From: Anaerolineae bacterium
GTDB taxonomy: Bacteria; Chloroflexota; Anaerolineae; Aggregatilineales; J027
Assembly (NCBI GenBank): GCA_034437075.1
Contig: DAOTVD010000427.1
Span: 7,307-71,306 of the forward strand
DNA length: 64,000 bases
Reading direction: 5' to 3'
Part shown: in pieces, positions 20,288-30,308 of the stretch
Layout: each line of letters begins with the position of its first letter
Numbering within the stretch: the first letter of the stretch is position 1
Notes under the pieces: generated by a model
What the model was told of the DNA's origin: nothing
Databases searched by the model: none
Seen by the model: the letters and a program-made list of their open reading frames with translations, nothing else
Position numbers and translations under genes: made by a program

Positions 20288-21073
20288 CTAGAGAATTTGT
20301 GAAAGGAAAAGCTTGGTGCGGTCGTGCTGCGGGTTATTAAAGAATTCTTCGGGGGGCGCAACTTCAACCACGCTGCCAGCATCCATAAAAATGACCCGCT
20401 GGGCAACTTCGCGCGCAAAACCCATTTCATGAGTTACTACGGCCATCGTCATGCCTTCGTAAGCTAATTCTAGCATGGCATCCAGCACTTCTTTAATCAT
20501 TTCTGGGTCCAGAGCAGAAGTCGGCTCATCAAACAGCATGATTTTGGGGTCCATGGCCAGCGCGCGCGCAATCGCGACACGTTGCTGCTGGCCGCCAGAG
20601 AGCTGGCCTGGGTACTTATGCGCCTGGTCTTGGATGCCAACCCGCTCAAGCAAGCTCATGGCTTTTTCTTCGGACTCGTGGCGCGGGCGGTGGCGCACAT
20701 AGCGTTGAGCTAACGTGACATTTTGCAGCACGGTGATATGCGGAAACAGGTTAAATTGTTGGAAAACCATGCCCACCTCGCGCCGAATCTCCGCGATATT
20801 GCGCGTATCGTTAGATAGTTCGATGCCATCCACGATGATTTCACCATCCTGGTGTTCCTCCAGGCGGTTGATACAGCGAATTAAGGTCGATTTACCAGAC
20901 CCGGACGGGCCGCAGATAACCACCACTTCGCGTTCGCGAATGGTCAGGTTGATGTCGCGTAATACATGGAAATCGCCAAACCACTTATTTAAGTTCCGCA
21001 ACTCAATGATGGTATCCCCCACCTGAGTTTGTGATTTGTGATCCGTTTTTTCGGCTTTGACTGTGTCTGTCAT
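20288..21073 (-). CDS. Polar amino-acid ABC transporter ATP-binding protein (AapP/GlnQ-like)
   Basis: [24 protein letters not shown] and [13 protein letters not shown]. Confidence 0.9.
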   Translation of the reverse strand: MTDTVKAEKTDHKSQTQVGDTIIELRNLNKWFGDFHVLRDINLTIREREVVVICGPSGSGKSTLIRCINRLEEHQDGEIIVDGIELSNDTRNIAEIRREVGMVFQQFNLFPHITVLQNVTLAQRYVRHRPRHESEEKAMSLLERVGIQDQAHKYPGQLSGGQQQRVAIARALAMDPKIMLFDEPTSALDPEMIKEVLDAMLELAYEGMTMAVVTHEMGFAREVAQRVIFMDAGSVVEVAPPEEFFNNPQHDRTKLFLSQIL

Positions 21074-21098
21074 TGGTTTTGTTCCTTCATCGTTCTAT

Positions 21099-22988
21099 TT
21101 ATAGTTTATCCGTTCTTACGGCCCCAGCGCCACTCCGTTCCAGGTTCCGGCTGGCTGCTGCCATCAAGTACGAGAATATGAAGTACAAGATAGCAATATA
21201 CAAATAACCTTCACGTTGAAAGCCGGTGTAACCAGTGGCGGTATCCGACAAAATACGCCGCATAGCGCCCGTAATCTCGAAGATGCCCACCAAAGCTACC
21301 AACGACGTATCTTTGAAGATACTCACAAACTGGCCCATAATCGCAGGGATAACCGCGCGTAGCGCCTGGGGCAAGACGATAAGCAAGGTGGTCTGAAAGC
21401 TGGTTAGCCCCAGCGCGCGCGCGGCTTCGAGTTGTCCTTTAGGGATAATCTGCAAGCCACCGCGAATAACTTCGGCCAGATAGGCGCCTGTGAACAGCGT
21501 CAGAACAACTGCCATGCGCACGACTGCCGCTGTATCTTGCAAGCCGTCCACCATAAACAGCACAATATAGCGCCCCGCAAATAACAACGTAATCAGCGGT
21601 ACACCGCGAATGGTTTCGATGAAAATGGTACACAAGAATTTGATGACCGGCAGTTCACTCTGGCGACCTAAGGCTAAGGCAATGCCAATGGGAAAAGAAC
21701 CAATGATCGCTACAACGGTGAGCGCTAAGGTCAAAAAGAGACCGCCGAAGTCCGTTGTATCAATTTCAGGTAGTGTGTCGTTGCCTTCTATGCCCACCGA
21801 TATGACATATTGAATCGGGATAGACACTGCCCATAAGAGCAACAAACCCCGTGTCATCCACTTGCGCGGCAAACGGTACTTACCTGATTGACCCAAAAAG
21901 TAGCCAATCAGCCCCACAACCAAGCTGATGAAATAGAACTGACGGGTTGCCAACAGGTAAGGCCCCAGTTGCAGGCTGAAATACTGGGGTAGCGTACGTT
22001 CACCGGAAAAGCGCATATCCGTACGGTTGGCCTCGGTGGCACAATTAGAGCATTCAAGCTCAGGCGGTAGGCCATAGGTGGCTTGGCGGCGTTCAATTGA
22101 CCAGTTGGTATTGTAATATACCTCCAAGTCTTCAACGCGCAGCAAAGCAACGCCTGCCGTGTTGAATTCCTCATTTTCTTCTTCCACCATCGTGAAGGTA
22201 TACCAACCCGAATCAGGTGCTTCCCAGGTGAAACTTTCTGATTCTTGGTTACCTTCTGTAAAGGGCGTTTCGTAGATGACCTCCCCTTGTGCATCCCAAA
22301 CTTGCACCTGCAAACTCATATCATATGCAGTGGAGTCAATTTGCCCGCGATCTACGCCACGAGCCGCTGCGGCTATCGCGTCCCAAGATGTGTTGGTAAG
22401 CTGATTATCATCCGCGATATACCCGCCGATGTTTTCTAGGCCGAATTCGTCCGGCTCGATCAACGGATCAATCGTAAATGTGATTTCCTGGCCTTCTTCG
22501 GCAATGAAATTCACCTGGCGATTGATGTATCCCGGCTCGGTATAGTAGGCAATTGGCGGCTCTGGTACGGCTTGGGTCAGCAAAGGAATAATGATCATTG
22601 CGGCCCCAATCAGCCCCATTGCCGCAAATATCCAGCGCTGAATGCGGCCCCAAAAGCCAACGGATAACATCACGAGGAAGACGATAATGAAAGCCGATAG
22701 CTCTATGCGCCACATTTCTTCCTTAGGATATTCCGGCCCAGCGCCAATATTGGTCAGATTCAGAAAGACCACTTCCCATTGCGCCGAAAAAATCGCCCAG
22801 TTCAGAAAGTCGTACAAAAAGATCAGGATAAAAGCCAACGTAATCAATGTACTGATCGCGTTGGGCACATTATTGAATAGATTCTTGCGTAGCCAGCCTA
22901 TCAGCCCAATTTCAGAAATAGGCGGGCGGCGCCCTTCGGGTGGCCGTTCGGGCCCAACATAATGTGATTGAAAACTTTGCTCAGACAT
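21099..22988 (-). CDS. Amino-acid ABC transporter permease (AapM-like) with a ~190-aa inserted extracytoplasmic domain
   Basis: The C-terminal core has IETIRGVPLITLLF and GAYLAEVIRGGLQIIPKGQLEAARALGL, which is HEQRo-family. At 629 aa it is longer than usual permeases of this family. Confidence 0.85.
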   Translation of the reverse strand: MSEQSFQSHYVGPERPPEGRRPPISEIGLIGWLRKNLFNNVPNAISTLITLAFILIFLYDFLNWAIFSAQWEVVFLNLTNIGAGPEYPKEEMWRIELSAFIIVFLVMLSVGFWGRIQRWIFAAMGLIGAAMIIIPLLTQAVPEPPIAYYTEPGYINRQVNFIAEEGQEITFTIDPLIEPDEFGLENIGGYIADDNQLTNTSWDAIAAAARGVDRGQIDSTAYDMSLQVQVWDAQGEVIYETPFTEGNQESESFTWEAPDSGWYTFTMVEEENEEFNTAGVALLRVEDLEVYYNTNWSIERRQATYGLPPELECSNCATEANRTDMRFSGERTLPQYFSLQLGPYLLATRQFYFISLVVGLIGYFLGQSGKYRLPRKWMTRGLLLLWAVSIPIQYVISVGIEGNDTLPEIDTTDFGGLFLTLALTVVAIIGSFPIGIALALGRQSELPVIKFLCTIFIETIRGVPLITLLFAGRYIVLFMVDGLQDTAAVVRMAVVLTLFTGAYLAEVIRGGLQIIPKGQLEAARALGLTSFQTTLLIVLPQALRAVIPAIMGQFVSIFKDTSLVALVGIFEITGAMRRILSDTATGYTGFQREGYLYIAILYFIFSYLMAAASRNLERSGAGAVRTDKL

Positions 22989-24934
22989 TAGCGGGTCCTC
23001 AATTCGGTTGTGGTATTCAACAGGTTTGTGAAGAGTGAGAACGTAATACTCATGCTCAAGTAAATGACCATCAAACCAACAAAGAACGGCACGGCCTGGC
23101 CGCTTTCGTTGTTGGCGATGTTCACCGTGTTATAGGCATCGGCAAACCCGACCGCCAATCCCAAACTGGAGTTTTTGCCCAGATTGACATACTGATTACC
23201 CAATGGCGGGATAATCAAACGCAATGCTTGCGGCAAAATCACCAAAGAAAGTACCTGCGAACCGCCCAAGCCCAACGACCGCGCGGCTTCAAGTTGGCCC
23301 TTGGGCACAGATTGAATGCCCGCCCGCACAATATCTGCGATAAAGGCCGATGTATAGAAACTGAGACCTGCGAAAACGGCCACAAATTGCAAGCTCAAAC
23401 GCCAACCGCCTTCGAATTGACCTCTGAAGCCTTCACGCACAAAAGCCGGATAGTCTACGGTAAAAGGCCCCTGACCAATCGGCCAGCCACCCGCCGCCAG
23501 CCAGCCGATGCCCGCAAAAAACAAAAATGTCGGCAGCGCGTAACGCCAGGTATAAGCAGGTTCACCCGTGCGGTCTTGAATACCCTTACGCCACCAGCGC
23601 ACGGCCATGGCTACCATCAAACCGACAAACAGCCCCAAGGCTAACCATATAAAGCTATCGGTGGGTACCAGGTCTGTGAACAAGATGCCCTGTGAACTGA
23701 TAACATACAGATGCTCATGTAGGGTAAATGGGCCAATTTGTCCGGGGGAGGTTAACGCGGTTGGCTCAATACCGCCGGCAGTTTCGGCAGGCAAGACAAT
23801 CAAGAGCGCCTGATAGATAAAAATAAGCTGCACCAGCAGCGGCGTATTGCGGAATATCTCGGTGTACACCACGGATACTTGCCGTACCAGATAGTTATTG
23901 GATAGCAAGCCGATGCCCACCAATACACCAATAATTGTGGCCGCGACAACAGACACCAGCACCACGCGAATCGTGTTGACAAAGCCGCTGATAATGACGC
24001 GCGTGGTGCTCGACGCGGCTAAATACGGCTCTAACGCTTCCAGGATCGATTGCAGGATTGTGTTATGTATGGGCAAGGTAACGAGAACCAGCGCAGCCGC
24101 ACCAATGGCCATATAGCGACTGCGTTTTTGAAAATTTAAGTACAACGTAGCCGCTACCAAGAGGACAAGCAACAACCAACTGACCTGCGATACCAATTCC
24201 GCGTCTAATTGCGCAACCAGGACAGTATGTATCGGCGTTATCAAAGCAAGCCCTACGGCGATAGGGAGGGCGTTCGTTTGGCCATTCCGGCGCAACAAGG
24301 TATATGCTAAAGACGCGATGCCCAGCCACACCAAAAACCAGAGTTCCGGTACAGGCATATTGGTTACGCTCAAGGTATCCACCCAACTCCATTCATTACG
24401 AAAGGGCGGGCCTTCCGAAATGGTGGCCGCGAAACGGCGTTCATATACCCCAAAGTCAAGCGTAACTTGCGATTCTGACAAATTGGTTGTCAGGCTTTGC
24501 CACAGCCAAGCCAAGCCACCGATAAAGCCTATCGCAAAAAAGACTTGTAAAAAATTTTGTAAAACAATTAAGTCACGGTAGAAGGGAATGATAGCGATGC
24601 GCTCATCGCGTGGCTTTTTGGATAATGTCAGATAAACGGCTACCCAAGTGAAGGGCAACAAGAAAATAGGTAACGAGGCAATCCCCAGCAAACTCAGGAT
24701 CGAGGCCAGGGTATCGCCTGCATCACTTGTGCCTTCTAGCGCTGGGGCTAAGAGTAGGACAACCGCATTGACAGGAACAAAAGCCAATCCTATCGACGTG
24801 CCCAGATGTAACCCTTTATCCGCGTTTTGACCTTTCAAGATATACAACGCGCGGGTTAAGATGCCGCCAAGTGTAGCCCCTAGGGTTGCCACAAGAATAG
24901 CAATAAAGACTTCATTCATGGTCAGTCTCTCCAA
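22988..24934 (-). CDS. Amino-acid ABC transporter permease (AapQ-like) with an extended multi-TM N-terminus
   Basis: FRNTPLLVQLIF and SAFIADIVRAGIQSVPKGQLEAARSLGL. The gene shares its start/stop nucleotide with the downstream permease gene. Confidence 0.85.
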   Translation of the reverse strand: MERLTMNEVFIAILVATLGATLGGILTRALYILKGQNADKGLHLGTSIGLAFVPVNAVVLLLAPALEGTSDAGDTLASILSLLGIASLPIFLLPFTWVAVYLTLSKKPRDERIAIIPFYRDLIVLQNFLQVFFAIGFIGGLAWLWQSLTTNLSESQVTLDFGVYERRFAATISEGPPFRNEWSWVDTLSVTNMPVPELWFLVWLGIASLAYTLLRRNGQTNALPIAVGLALITPIHTVLVAQLDAELVSQVSWLLLVLLVAATLYLNFQKRSRYMAIGAAALVLVTLPIHNTILQSILEALEPYLAASSTTRVIISGFVNTIRVVLVSVVAATIIGVLVGIGLLSNNYLVRQVSVVYTEIFRNTPLLVQLIFIYQALLIVLPAETAGGIEPTALTSPGQIGPFTLHEHLYVISSQGILFTDLVPTDSFIWLALGLFVGLMVAMAVRWWRKGIQDRTGEPAYTWRYALPTFLFFAGIGWLAAGGWPIGQGPFTVDYPAFVREGFRGQFEGGWRLSLQFVAVFAGLSFYTSAFIADIVRAGIQSVPKGQLEAARSLGLGGSQVLSLVILPQALRLIIPPLGNQYVNLGKNSSLGLAVGFADAYNTVNIANNESGQAVPFFVGLMVIYLSMSITFSLFTNLLNTTTELRTR

Positions 24935-25088
24935 CGATGTTGTGTATGGATGACGGTTGGCTGGGGTGATGCGCGGGTGCGATTGAGGGAACCAACCGAT
25001 GTATCAAAACACCATCAAATGCGGTGGTGTAAAAAGCAACCTCGCCCAGGGTGGGCGAGGTGCTCAGCAGAAGTAACGATCAGATGGC

Positions 25089-26168
25089 TTAGCGCCAGGC
25101 CGGCGGATACAGCAGACCGCCATCGGTCCACAGTTCGTTGGGCGAGCCTTCGCGCGCCACACCGATGGGGGTGATATTACGCTCGTAGATTTCAGCGTAG
25201 TTACCCACAGTTTGGATGATGTGCACCACGAATTCATCGTTCAGGGCGATCAAGGTACCCAGGCCGGAGTCATCCTGGCCCAAGAAGCGGGCGATTTCGG
25301 GGGCTTCGCTCATCATCATCTCTTCCAGGTTTTCGCTGGTGATGCCGTATTCTTCAGCCTGGATGGGGGCAAAGGTGGCCCAGTTCACGATGTCGGCAAA
25401 TTGCGGATCATCATCCAGGTACATTGGGCCAAGCGGTTCTTTGGAGAGGGTCTGGCCCAAGATTTCGTAAGCGCTGGGGTCGGCAGCAGCAGAACGCAGG
25501 CCGGCCAACTGGCTCTTGTCGGAGGTCAGCACGTCGCAAGCGCCGTTTTCGAAGTCACGCAGGGTCGCATCGGAGGTATCGCCCAGCACCAATTCGGGGT
25601 CTTCGCCGAATTCAGCACTGTAAGCATCCACCAGATTACGCTCGGTGGTGGTACCACTTTGAACGCAGAAGCTGGCGCCTTCCAGATCAGACAGCGTCTG
25701 CACGCCGGCATCCAGCAATTCAACTGGCACCATCAAGCCCTGGCCATCGTAGAAGGTGGTGGGGCCAAAGTGGCTGTTCAGGCTGGTGTCACGAGTGAAG
25801 GTCCAGGTGGTGTTGCGCATGAGCAAATCCACATCATTAGCTTGCAGCGCCGTGAAGCGCTCGGCAGCGGTGAGCGGCACAAAGTTAATGCGCTCGTCAA
25901 CATTTTCGGGGCCAAAGATCGCCGCCGCTACAACACGGCAATAGTCAGCATCCAGCCCTTCCATGACGCCCGTGTCGGGGTTGGGGCTAGAGAAGCCAGG
26001 TAGCGTACCACTCACGCCACAGTTCAGCACGCCACGATCCAAAATCTCTTGCAGTTTGGGGCCCGGTTCTTGGGCGGTGACGTGGGAGGTATTAAATACA
26101 CCAAAGCTAAAAGCTGCCGCTGCAATCAGCGCGACAACTAGAGAAAACCGAATAACTCGCATCCTCAT
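25089..26168 (-). CDS. General amino-acid ABC transporter substrate-binding protein (AapJ-like)
   Basis: Signal peptide, then GVLNCGVSGTLPGFS and DLLMRNTTWT, which are typical of AapJ/BztA-type binding proteins. It is the first gene of the transporter operon. Confidence 0.8.
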   Translation of the reverse strand: MRMRVIRFSLVVALIAAAAFSFGVFNTSHVTAQEPGPKLQEILDRGVLNCGVSGTLPGFSSPNPDTGVMEGLDADYCRVVAAAIFGPENVDERINFVPLTAAERFTALQANDVDLLMRNTTWTFTRDTSLNSHFGPTTFYDGQGLMVPVELLDAGVQTLSDLEGASFCVQSGTTTERNLVDAYSAEFGEDPELVLGDTSDATLRDFENGACDVLTSDKSQLAGLRSAAADPSAYEILGQTLSKEPLGPMYLDDDPQFADIVNWATFAPIQAEEYGITSENLEEMMMSEAPEIARFLGQDDSGLGTLIALNDEFVVHIIQTVGNYAEIYERNITPIGVAREGSPNELWTDGGLLYPPAWR

Positions 26169-26419
26169 ATGTCCTTTCTAAGCAATACGGAAAGCTAGGC
26201 ATAAATCTAAAGGTTTTATACCAATCGACTGATTATTGTAGAAAGCTTTGGAACACGAAGCAAAGCATTCTTATATCCTCATCATGTTTTTGGCAAATTT
26301 TGTTTAATCTGACGAATAAAGCAAGCTTTGGTTGGGCAATTCCGGTCGCTTAGATGAGAAGTTCTCATTTAAGCCTGGCCAAATGCTCCCGGCGAGGTAT
26401 CCCAGGGATTCGGCGAGCC

Positions 26420-27046
26420 TTAGATGATCTGCTGTTTAAGCGCTTGGGCCACGGCCTGGGTGCGCGTCGATACGCCGATTTTGCCCAAAATATTGCGCAC
26501 ATGGGCGCTGACCGTATACCGACTGATGTTCAGTTCTTCCGCAATTTGAGGATTTGTGTAGCCCTTGGCCATACAGAGCAACACTTCGCGTTCACGGGGT
26601 GTTAGCATCGAGGCAGCCGAGTAGGCTTCTTGCTTTTTGGCCAACATCTGCGACACCTGAGGCGACATATAAGATTCACCTCGGTAGGTCAAGCGAATAG
26701 CTTTGATGAGTTCATCGACCGTGGCATCTTTCAAAAGATAGCTAAGCGCCCCGGCATCCAGCGCGTCGTGCACCAACCCTACATTCTGGAAACTCGTCAG
26801 GGCGATAATCTTCACCTGGGGAAAACGCTGATAAATATGGCGTGTCGCTTCGATACCATCCATAACGGGCATAATCATATCGATCAAAAGCACATGCGGT
26901 TTAAGGCGTTCGCAACAGGCCACAGCTTCTTTGCCATTTTCGGCCTCGCCCACGAGCTCAAAATCATCGAAGCCGTCGATCAGAAAAGCCAATCCTTTGC
27001 GCACCATGTTATGGTCATCAGCAATACAAACACGTATGGTGGTCAT
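26420..27046 (-). CDS. NarL/LuxR-family response regulator
   Basis: Receiver domain (IADDH, LLIDMIMPVMDG, KIIALTS) plus a LuxR HTH (LTPREREVLLCMAKGYTNPQIAEELNISRYTVSAHVRNILGKIG). Confidence 0.9.
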   Translation of the reverse strand: MTTIRVCIADDHNMVRKGLAFLIDGFDDFELVGEAENGKEAVACCERLKPHVLLIDMIMPVMDGIEATRHIYQRFPQVKIIALTSFQNVGLVHDALDAGALSYLLKDATVDELIKAIRLTYRGESYMSPQVSQMLAKKQEAYSAASMLTPREREVLLCMAKGYTNPQIAEELNISRYTVSAHVRNILGKIGVSTRTQAVAQALKQQII

Positions 27047-27053
27047 TGTCTAC

Positions 27054-28919
27054 TTATGCATTCCTCTTGACGTTTTTCCATTCAAAATGAATGTGTGTAC
27101 CTTGGCCAGGTGCCGTGTAAATAGCCAAACGGCCATTTACCGCTTCGGCTCGTTCGCGCATGATGCGTATGCCCATACGATTTTTACTCACTTGGTTTAG
27201 TCGAAATCCGCGCCCATTATCTTGGATACTCACTTGTATACCACCTGCCCCAGCGCAAACCATAATATAAACTTGTGTGCTGGCCTTCGCATGTTTGGTG
27301 ATGTTGTTAAGCGCTTCTTGGATAATCCGATAAATGACGACTTGCACATCGTCAGGTAAATTGGGCGCGCCTTCTTCCAGCAAAACAACAGGAATATTGG
27401 TGCGTGCTTGAAATCCATCCTTTAACTGGGTCAGTAAATCGATTAGGTCGGCTTCTTCCAGAGCCGAGGGCCGTAGCTCTAACAGCAAGGCCCGCATTTC
27501 TAGCTGCACATGGCGCGTCAGGTCTTGTAATTCTTGTAATCCTTGACGAACTTTTTGTGGGTTTTGTTCCCATAAGCGCAGTAGCATACCCGCGATTGTC
27601 TGTGCTGAAAAGATGGATTGACTCACTGAGTCATGTAAATCGCGCGCTAGGCGTTGCCGTTCTTGTAAGGCCGCCAATTCTAAACCTTGTTGTTCAGCTT
27701 TTTTACGTTGGGTGATGTCGATAATGGTACCCCAAATGGCTGCTTTGCCTTGGTACTCGAACAACGATATATCCAGGTGAACCCAAGTGGCTTCTCCCTC
27801 GCGATTCATGATTTGGAATTCAAACTGACGTAAGGTGCTGCCGTCTTCACGGGTTATTTTTTTGCTAAGGGCCAATAACTTGCGCCAGGAACGCTGCACT
27901 AATTGTTCTAAGGGCACTTGAAATAATTCATCATAGGCGTAGCCCAAGATAGAGAGTGCCGCTTTGTTAGCATAACGAATACGGCTATCCTGGTAGATGA
28001 ACAACCCTACAGTTGTAGCATCCATCAACAAACGTGTTTTTTCTTCTTGTACCCGTAAAAGCCGGTCAATTTGGCGCCGCGCGGTAATATCACGCCCGAC
28101 CCCTACCATACCGACATACTCCCCGGAGATGTCATATAGCGCGCTGGCCTTAACGTAGACATGCAATGGCCGCCCATCGCGATGACGTTGCAGCAGTTCA
28201 CCTTCCCATGTGCGGTCTTGCTGAATGCGCTGACGAAAAAACTCCGTGCGATTATAGGGTGACTGGGTATAGGTGACCTCGTGAATGAATTGCCCTAGCG
28301 CTTCTTGCTCTGTATAGCCATACAGCATCTCCGCGCCCCGGTTCCAGGTGGTGATATGGCCCGCCCTATTGACTGAGATAATAGAGTCTGACACTTCTTG
28401 TAATAAATCGGCCTGATACTGTAGCTTTTCTTGCAATTGCACCTGGTCAGTCACATCAACGAAGACCACAAAGCAATGCATGACCTGGCCTTGAGTGTCT
28501 AAGAGGGCGCCCATGCGCTGCTTGACAATACGCGGCACGCCATCTGCACGAATAATTTCTAATTCCCCGGCCCAAACCTGCCCCGTAAGGATAAAAGGAT
28601 AGATTTCTTGCTGGATTTTTTGCAAAGACGACGGTGTGTAGATTTGCCAAAATGTCTCGATTGTGCAATAGGCATCAACGTTCATGAATTGAATAAACGA
28701 ATCGTTCACATACGTGATCTCACCCGCGCGGTTGGCCACAATAATGGCTGATACAGCCGTATCACAAATATGGAAAAAGGGGCTCACCGGCGGCGTAGCG
28801 GCGTTTTGCCGATATTGAGAAATCATATCTCTCAAGACTTCATCAGCAGAACGCCCTTCTGCTTGTGCAATATCGTCTAAATCAGCTAACAAGGTGGTGG
28901 GTAAATCGTTAAACATCAT
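27054..28919 (-). CDS. Multi-PAS sensor histidine kinase (HisKA_3 / NarX-type)
   Basis: There are three PAS-like segments. H-box RLARDLHDSVSQ. The ATPase region has NNITKHA, DNGRGF and GIRIMRERAEAVNG. The start overlaps the upstream photolyase fragment by 11 nt. Confidence 0.85.
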   Translation of the reverse strand: MMFNDLPTTLLADLDDIAQAEGRSADEVLRDMISQYRQNAATPPVSPFFHICDTAVSAIIVANRAGEITYVNDSFIQFMNVDAYCTIETFWQIYTPSSLQKIQQEIYPFILTGQVWAGELEIIRADGVPRIVKQRMGALLDTQGQVMHCFVVFVDVTDQVQLQEKLQYQADLLQEVSDSIISVNRAGHITTWNRGAEMLYGYTEQEALGQFIHEVTYTQSPYNRTEFFRQRIQQDRTWEGELLQRHRDGRPLHVYVKASALYDISGEYVGMVGVGRDITARRQIDRLLRVQEEKTRLLMDATTVGLFIYQDSRIRYANKAALSILGYAYDELFQVPLEQLVQRSWRKLLALSKKITREDGSTLRQFEFQIMNREGEATWVHLDISLFEYQGKAAIWGTIIDITQRKKAEQQGLELAALQERQRLARDLHDSVSQSIFSAQTIAGMLLRLWEQNPQKVRQGLQELQDLTRHVQLEMRALLLELRPSALEEADLIDLLTQLKDGFQARTNIPVVLLEEGAPNLPDDVQVVIYRIIQEALNNITKHAKASTQVYIMVCAGAGGIQVSIQDNGRGFRLNQVSKNRMGIRIMRERAEAVNGRLAIYTAPGQGTHIHFEWKNVKRNA

Positions 28920-29972
28920 GATGAGGTAAATCTAACTGGTCTAAAAAGGTTTCGGTTTGGTCTTGCACGCGCGCACGCTCTTCGTCATCTAAATGGCGTA
29001 ATCCTAAAACATTCTTACCTAAACGGGGATTAGAACGAAGTGTCTGCTCATGCACGATCAAAAAGTTCCAATACAGGTAATTAAAAGGACACGCAGACTC
29101 CCCAGTACGTTTGGTATGATGATATCGGCAGCCCTGGCAATAATCACTCATTTTGTTAATGTAATTCGCAGATGCGATATAAGGTTTGGTCGCGATGATC
29201 CCGCCATCTGCGTTTAAGCCCATGCCCAACACATTCGGCAACATCACCCAATCATAAGCATCCACAAACGAGCTCAAGAACCAATCATTCACCGCTAGCG
29301 GCTCGACCCCTGCCAGCAAGCAAAAATTAGAAACGAGCATTAAACGCTCGATGTGATGAAGGTAGCCTTGCGTATGGGCTCGCCTGAGTGCGTGATGCAA
29401 GCAATTCATATCGGTGTGGCCATCCCAGAAGAAAGCCGGTAAAGGGCGCTGGGCTGCCCAGGTGTTGGCATGGCGCAAGGCGGGCATGTTGCGCCAATAC
29501 TGCCAGTACATGAATTCGCGCCAGCCCAATACTTGCCGGATAAACCCTTCAACGGAATTAAGCGGCGCTCGGCCATCGTGATAAGTTGCTTATGGAGAAC
29601 GCAAAACAAATCCGTATAAAACCGAGGGCTTAAGCCCTCGGTTTTGGCAGAAAAAACATTTGTGTTTGTTTTGAACTGTCCATTAGGTCGGTGCTCACTC
29701 ACATGTTGACGCAGGCCATCCAGCATCGTGGGCGCCTGAATATAATCAACTTGATAGCCTTGCTCACGTAGCCATGCGGCATAGTGCCGCATAGCGCTAA
29801 ACACGAGCATTAGCTTATGGGGATGGTATGTAAACCGGCGTGAGCGGCTCAGGCTTTCCACCATCACCACCTGAATGTTGGCCAAGTCGCTATGCTCCTG
29901 AGCAGCTTGTAATGCCGGATGCGTTTTCAGTAACTGATCGCCAAGTATCCAAACGCTATAGTGAATGGGCAT
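28909..29972 (-). pseudogene. FeS-BCP (CryB/PhrB-type) cryptochrome/photolyase gene remnant with the central third missing
   Basis: An N-terminal fragment (29681-29972: MPIHYSVWILGDQL...) and a C-terminal fragment (28909-~29590: ...APLNSVEGFIRQVLGWREF...DYCQGCRYHHTKRTGESACPF, with C-x2-C-x12-C Fe-S ligands) lie in different frames. About 90 bp of unrelated sequence containing a perfect hairpin separates them. The total span of 1064 bp compares with roughly 1.5 kb expected for this family, a figure recalled from memory. Confidence 0.75.
29618..29645. repeat. Perfect 28-nt palindrome AAAACCGAGGGC-TTAA-GCCCTCGGTTTT (bidirectional terminator-like) inside the photolyase remnant
   Basis: Read directly from the sequence. 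It is flanked by imperfect inverted CAAAACAAA / TTTGTTTTG segments at 29602-29610 and 29667-29675. Confidence 0.8.
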
Positions 29973-30308
29973 AAGTACAGTGTATTCATTCTGCCGTTAT
30001 AATGATCTTTCTATTGTAGCGGTCATACGCCACCCATGCAGAACCAAACAGTCAGTTTTTAGTGCCCCAACGGTTATGGTAATTTTCAGAAAGGTAGCGC
30101 GGTGCTAGTTAATGCCCTTTAGCCCCAAAAGAGACATCAAACGGACATTTGATCATCAAACACTTGGCCCTAAAAAGCTCTTAAAGGGTCAAAAAGTGTC
30201 AAAATGCTTGAGCACAGCAAATCCGTTTACCGTGCATAATTGCCTGTCGAACCGACAAACGGGTATGATAAAACAAGTAACGGTATTTGATGTGAGTATA
30301 AATGCGCT

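Noticed and set aside
29406-29972. Treating the 188-aa and 206-aa ORFs (29406..29972 and 28909..29529) as two intact genes.
   Set aside because: Family-type sequence covers only the first ~98 aa of the first ORF. In the second ORF it extends upstream of the nominal TTG start, past an in-frame stop. Together they are fragments of one photolyase-family gene lacking its middle, so a pseudogene call fits better.
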